A stretch of 64,000 nucleotides of DNA from the NCBI GenBank assembly GCA_963845565.1, contig CAWJSJ010000001.1, positions 128,001-192,000 on the forward strand, in the 5' to 3' direction. A model generated the notes under the pieces. That model worked only from the letters and a program-made list of their open reading frames with translations. It had not been told where the DNA came from and did no database searches. Shown piece after piece: positions 58,793 to 64,000 of the stretch. The position numbers and the translations under genes were made by a program. This stretch comes from an uncultured Methylomirabilota bacterium. Its GTDB lineage: Bacteria > Methylomirabilota > Methylomirabilia > Methylomirabilales > 2-02-FULL-66-22. The stretch's first letter is position 1. Each line of letters begins with the position of its first letter.

Positions 58793-59977
58793 GTGGTGAT
58801 CATTCGCGATGTCCGTACCATTCCCGTGGAGTGCACGCTGCCCCAGCCGGTGTTCGACGCCAATTACATCATGGCAACCAAACCGGCGCTGCTGGTGGAG
58901 GTGGAGACGGACGACGGTCTCGTCGGACTGGGGGAGGCGGCTCACTTCGGCGGACCGCTCGCCTCGACCCAGGCGGTCGTGGAGGGAGAACTCCGGGCGC
59001 ACCTGATCGGCGAGGATCCGCGCGACGTCGAGCGGTTGTGGGAGCAGATGCACCAGCGGGCCTACAAGCACGCGCGCGGCGGGGTCCTGATCGCGGCCAT
59101 GAGTGGCATCGACATCGCGCTCTGGGACCTGCGCGGCAAGATGACCGGGATGCCGCTCTGGAGGCTGCTGGGCGGGTACCGGCGGCGGGTGCCCGCGTAC
59201 GCCACCGGCGGGTTCTACGCCGAGGGGAAGGGCGTGCGCGAGCTGTGCGCCGAGATGGAGGCGTATTGCCGTCATGGTTTCCGTGCGGTGAAGATGAAGG
59301 TGGGGCGCAACAGCGACATCGAGGGCAGCCCGCTTCGCGCCATGGCCCACCGCGGCGTGTGCGAAGTCTCGCTGGCGGAGGACCTGGCCCGGGTGCGGGC
59401 CGTGCGGGGGGCCATCGGACCCGACGTGCGCTTGATGGTGGACGTGAACGGCGCCTGGGACGTTCCGACGGCGGTCAAGATGGGGCAGGCGATGGAGCCG
59501 CTCGACGTCTATTGGTACGAGGAGCCGGTCTGTCCGGACGACCTGCGAGGGAGCGCCGAGGTCGCGCGGAAGCTCGCCATGCCGGTCGCGGGCTACGAGA
59601 CGTGCACGTACGGGCGGGTCGGCTTCCGAGATTACATCGCGGCCAAGGCGATCCACTTCGTGCAGCCCGACGTGGCTTGGGCGGGCGGATTGACGGAGAG
59701 TCTGAAGATCGCGCATCTGGCCCAGGCGTGGAACCTTCCGCTCGCGCCGCACATCCACGGGTCCGCGGTGGCCGTGGCGGCGGCCGCGCATTTGCTGGGC
59801 GCGCTTCCGAATGCCAGCATGGCCGAGATGGTGTTCCCGGCCCATCCCCTGATGGGGGAGCTGGTCACGGAGCCGCTCGTCGTGGATCGGACGGGGCACA
59901 TCGAGCTCAGCGACCGCCCGGGCCTGGGCCTCGAGCTCGATCCCCGTATCGTCGCGAAGTACCGGGTTGGCGCCTAG
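58793..59977 (+). CDS. Mandelate racemase/muconate lactonizing enzyme family protein
   Basis: GIDIALWDLRGK, KMK, MVDVN, YEEP, GYE, QPD and PGLG. Confidence 0.93.
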   Translation: MVIIRDVRTIPVECTLPQPVFDANYIMATKPALLVEVETDDGLVGLGEAAHFGGPLASTQAVVEGELRAHLIGEDPRDVERLWEQMHQRAYKHARGGVLIAAMSGIDIALWDLRGKMTGMPLWRLLGGYRRRVPAYATGGFYAEGKGVRELCAEMEAYCRHGFRAVKMKVGRNSDIEGSPLRAMAHRGVCEVSLAEDLARVRAVRGAIGPDVRLMVDVNGAWDVPTAVKMGQAMEPLDVYWYEEPVCPDDLRGSAEVARKLAMPVAGYETCTYGRVGFRDYIAAKAIHFVQPDVAWAGGLTESLKIAHLAQAWNLPLAPHIHGSAVAVAAAAHLLGALPNASMAEMVFPAHPLMGELVTEPLVVDRTGHIELSDRPGLGLELDPRIVAKYRVGA

Positions 59978-60016
59978 CGGGCTCCTTGGTGTAGCGCGCG
60001 ACGGAGGGACGCATCG

Positions 60017-60565
60017 ATGGCGAGGCATCGGTACCTTTGGGTGGCATGTCTGGTCCTGGGTGGCCTGGTCGGGTGCGGGCACGGCGGACCCCGCGGGATG
60101 CCGCCCCTTCAGACGGTTCCGCGGGTGGACCTGGACCGGTACCTGGGGACGTGGTATGAGATCGCCAGATACCCGCACCGCTTCCAAGCGGGCTGCGTGG
60201 GGAGCATGGCGACCTATTCGGCGCTGCCGGATGGGCGCATTCGCGTGGAAAACCAGTGCCGGGAGGGCGCACTGGACGGCCCGGTGCGCCGCGCTACCGG
60301 TGTGGCGTGGGCCGCGGCGAACGATCCCTCCAACGCCAGGCTCGAGGTCCAGTTCCTGTGGCCCTTCCGCGGCGACTACTGGATCATTGCGCTGGATCCC
60401 GACTATCGGTACGCGGTGGTCGGACACCCCTCCCGGGAGTACTTGTGGATCCTCGCGCGGCATCCGCAGCTGGAATCGGACGTGTATCAACAACTCCTCG
60501 GAACGATCGCGGCGCAGGGATACGATGTCCGCCGCCTCGAACGAACCCTCCAGTCCACGCGTTGA
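60017..60565 (+). CDS. blc: Bacterial lipocalin lipoprotein
   Basis: Lipobox LVGC, VDLDRYLGTWYEIAR, DYWI and YLWILAR. Confidence 0.92.
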   Translation: MARHRYLWVACLVLGGLVGCGHGGPRGMPPLQTVPRVDLDRYLGTWYEIARYPHRFQAGCVGSMATYSALPDGRIRVENQCREGALDGPVRRATGVAWAAANDPSNARLEVQFLWPFRGDYWIIALDPDYRYAVVGHPSREYLWILARHPQLESDVYQQLLGTIAAQGYDVRRLERTLQSTR

Positions 60566-60687
60566 CTCGCGGCAGCGAGAGGCGCGGTAGCTCTTGGGGC
60601 CAAACCGGCAATCCTCGACGCCCGGTCCGGGTGGGGGGGAAGTCAACGGACCAGAAGGCCCCATGCCGACCGGCGAGAGGATGCGGG

Positions 60688-61383
60688 ATGGACGCACGGC
60701 GAGTCGCCCACTGTTTTTTCGACCTCGACGGGACGCTGGTGGATCCGCGTGGGGGCATCGTGGGGAGCATCCAGTACGCCCTGCAGACACTCGGGGAACC
60801 GGCCCGCGACCCGGTCTTCCTTGAGCGATTCATCGGGCCCCCGCTGGCGGGGACCTTCCGGACGCTCCTCGGTACCGACGACGCAGGGAGGATCCGGGAG
60901 GCCATTGCCGCCTACCGCGTGCGATTCGTGGCGATGGGTATCCATCAGAATATTGTCTATGAGGGGATCCCCGAGGGATTGCGCGCGCTCTGCGACTCAG
61001 GCGTCGCCTTGCGGGTGGTGACGTCCAAGCCTGCCGAATACGCCGAGCGGATCGTTGACGCGCGTGGGCTGCGATCCTATTTCGCGGGCGTGCACGGCTC
61101 CACCCTGGACGGCGAGCGAACGGAGAAGGGCGCGCTCATCCGGCACGTTCTCGAATCCGAAGGACTGTCGCCTCGGACAGTGGTGATGGTGGGGGACCGG
61201 GTCCACGACGTGGTCGGCGCGCGGGAGAACGGCGTGGCCTGCGTGGCCGTGCGGTGGGGGTACGGCTCCCCGGAGGAGTTGCACGCTGCCCGCCCTGACG
61301 CGATCGTGAACACGATGGGGGAACTCCTCGCGTACCTCTGCGCTCGCGCCGGTGGCGCCGACCGCCTGTCGGCAGGAACGTAA
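60688..61383 (+). CDS. HAD family hydrolase (phosphoglycolate phosphatase/5'-nucleotidase-like)
   Basis: FDLDGTL, FIGPPL, VTSKP, MVGDRVHD and WGYG. Confidence 0.92.
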   Translation: MDARRVAHCFFDLDGTLVDPRGGIVGSIQYALQTLGEPARDPVFLERFIGPPLAGTFRTLLGTDDAGRIREAIAAYRVRFVAMGIHQNIVYEGIPEGLRALCDSGVALRVVTSKPAEYAERIVDARGLRSYFAGVHGSTLDGERTEKGALIRHVLESEGLSPRTVVMVGDRVHDVVGARENGVACVAVRWGYGSPEELHAARPDAIVNTMGELLAYLCARAGGADRLSAGT

Positions 61384-61470
61384 ACCGCACCGGGTTGGGG
61401 GCGGAACGTGGGAGGTCGCCAGGCCGACCGCCTGGCGTATCGTGCACGTGTCTCGTTCCCGGAGGCCTGT

Positions 61471-62046
61471 ATGAAGGTCCACACGGCACTGGATCACCTG
61501 ATCGAGTTGGAGGAGCGGGTCGGACACCTCTATATCCAGTTCTACCGGCGGTTCGCCGATCTGCCCGGGGTGGCCGATCTCTGGTGGGCGATGGCGCTGG
61601 AGGAGCACGGCCACGCCGGGATCCTCAAGATGGTCAAGGCGCTCACCGATCCGGCCGCCCGCGTCCGGGATATCCGGATTCGCCTGCGACCGCTCCAGGG
61701 GTTGATCCGGGAATGCGAGGGGGAGGCTCGGCGCGTCCCCGACCTGCGGGAAGCGCTGGCGATTGCCGTGCGGCTGGAACGGTCGGAACTGGATCGCCTG
61801 GGGCGCGAGACGATGCGCGAGATCGCGCAGGACCTGCCGGCGGTTCCGCGCTCGGCCTTCGCCCCGCACGAGGCGCACCTGGACCGGCTGACGCGCACGG
61901 TGCGAAAGTTCGGCGGTGAGGAGGTACTCCGCGAGGCCTGGGCCTTGAGCCCCGAGGGGAGAGACCAGAGGGCGGCAGGCAGTCCGGCTCGACGGCCGGC
62001 GTCGCCCAAGGACGGCCGGGCCCGCAGGTCCACGGGCTCGCGGTGA
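61471..62046 (+). CDS. Ferritin-like/rubrerythrin-like four-helix protein
   Basis: ELE....LY..F...F...W..MALEEHGH, A..LE.SE and a second H-containing motif. GGAGG RBS. Confidence 0.65.
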   Translation: MKVHTALDHLIELEERVGHLYIQFYRRFADLPGVADLWWAMALEEHGHAGILKMVKALTDPAARVRDIRIRLRPLQGLIRECEGEARRVPDLREALAIAVRLERSELDRLGRETMREIAQDLPAVPRSAFAPHEAHLDRLTRTVRKFGGEEVLREAWALSPEGRDQRAAGSPARRPASPKDGRARRSTGSR

Positions 62047-62082
62047 CCTGCCGGCTCGACGCCATGGTCGGCCGGCGCGAGA

Positions 62083-62916
62083 TCAGAAGGGCGGCGCGGG
62101 GCTCCCGGCGAGTCGCCGGAGTCCCAGCGTCGCGAAGAAGAGCGCGGTGCTGACCAGGACGATGGCGGCTCCGGACGCGACGTTCAGAAAAAAGGAGAGG
62201 TACAGGCCGAGGACGACGGCGGCGCCCGAGACGAGCACTCCGAGGATCATCATCCGAAAGAACCGTTCGGTCAGGAGATATGCCGTGGCGCTTGGGGTCA
62301 CCAGCAGGGCCACCACCAGCACGATGCCGACGGCTTGAATCGCCACCACGATGGTGATCGCGACCAGGGACAACAGAAGGTAATCGAGCGCGTGCACCGG
62401 GTACCCCATCGCTTCGGCGACGACCGGATCGAAGGAGAGCAGCAGGAGCTCCTTGTAGCAGAGCAGGACGGCCAGCAGGACAACCGCCACCAGCCCACCC
62501 GCTACCCAGAGGTCCGCGGCCGACATCCCCAGGATATTTCCGAAGAGAAAACTGAACAGATCCGCCGTGTACCCCTCGATGGTGCTCATGAGCAGGACGC
62601 CCAGCGCGAACGCCCCGGCGAATAAGATCCCGATGGTCGTGTCGTAGCTCGTGCGGGCCCGTCGAGACACGAAACCGATGCCGAGCGCGGTCGCCACCGT
62701 GAAGAGCGCGGCGCCCACGTAGATGTTCGCCTTCAACATGTACGCGATGACGACCCCGGGGAAGGCGGCGTGGGCGAGGGCGTCGCCGATGAAGGCCAGC
62801 CCGCGCAGCACGACATAGGTTCCGACCACGGCACAGATCGCGCCCACCAGCAGCCCGCCGAGCAGCGCACGACGAAAGAACTCGTAATCCAACGGTCCGA
62901 TCAAGAGATCGAGCAT
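62083..62916 (-). CDS. Mn/Zn/Fe ABC transporter permease (ABC-3)
   Basis: GDALAHAAFPG, FLFGNIL, SFDP and VGIVLVVALLVTP. Confidence 0.93.
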   Translation of the reverse strand: MLDLLIGPLDYEFFRRALLGGLLVGAICAVVGTYVVLRGLAFIGDALAHAAFPGVVIAYMLKANIYVGAALFTVATALGIGFVSRRARTSYDTTIGILFAGAFALGVLLMSTIEGYTADLFSFLFGNILGMSAADLWVAGGLVAVVLLAVLLCYKELLLLSFDPVVAEAMGYPVHALDYLLLSLVAITIVVAIQAVGIVLVVALLVTPSATAYLLTERFFRMMILGVLVSGAAVVLGLYLSFFLNVASGAAIVLVSTALFFATLGLRRLAGSPAPPF

Positions 62917-62986
62917 CTCCGGGTTACCTGTGCCGTCGGTTCGGCGACCGACCGGCGATCGGGGAGTGCGGGCTCGCTGCCATGCG

Positions 62987-63816
<830 letters not shown>

Positions 63817-63820
<4 letters not shown>

Positions 63821-63999
63821 CGCAGCGCATTCACCATCTGGGTGACGTTGTGTCGCATCATGTTGAGGTACGTGTCGGCCGGCGGTCCGCTCGACAGGCT
63901 GCCGTCGTATAGATTGGTGACGATTTTCACGCCGGCATCCCTGGCAAGAACCTCCAGCATCTTGGAGTTGAAATCCGCCTCGGCGAACACGGCGGGAAT
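63817..63999 (-). CDS. Metal ABC transporter substrate-binding protein (C-terminal part, truncated by the window)
   Basis: IPAVFAE...LARDAGVKIV..LYDGSL...TYLNMMRHN. Its stop overlaps the ATPase ATG. Confidence 0.88.
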
Positions 64000-64000
64000 C

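Overview
GC-rich bacterial chromosomal window containing about 60 protein-coding genes. No rRNA, tRNA, CRISPR array, prophage or intact transposase is visible. The gene order and repeat style suggest a Methylomirabilota/Nitrospirota/deltaproteobacterial-type genome, which is an inference. The backbone is a housekeeping run (galU, lon, rnj, ftsK, lolA, yajQ, rimO, pgpA, cinA, thpR, lgt) interleaved with signalling, metabolic and transport genes. Highlights: (1) an unannotated AhpD/CMD-family selenoprotein at the left edge, with an in-frame TGA in a C-x-x-U motif followed by a SECIS-like hairpin; (2) a cold-shock gene with a candidate leader-peptide attenuator; (3) a UbiD-less prenylated-FMN module (split-barrel flavoprotein, ubiX, LpdD-like); (4) a degenerate Mrr-like nuclease-wHTH-TPR protein beside an AT-rich patch; (5) an HtrA-like lipoprotein lacking the catalytic His and Asp; (6) an RND pump whose two genes are separated by a 6.5-kb organic-acid catabolic/TRAP cassette; (7) an orphan UpxY/RfaH-type antiterminator; (8) two MITE-like inverted-repeat elements and heptamer arrays; (9) six frameshifts clustered in about 3 kb (moaD-moaE, UPF0182), probably assembly errors. 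All family calls come from motif recognition by eye, not from database searches.
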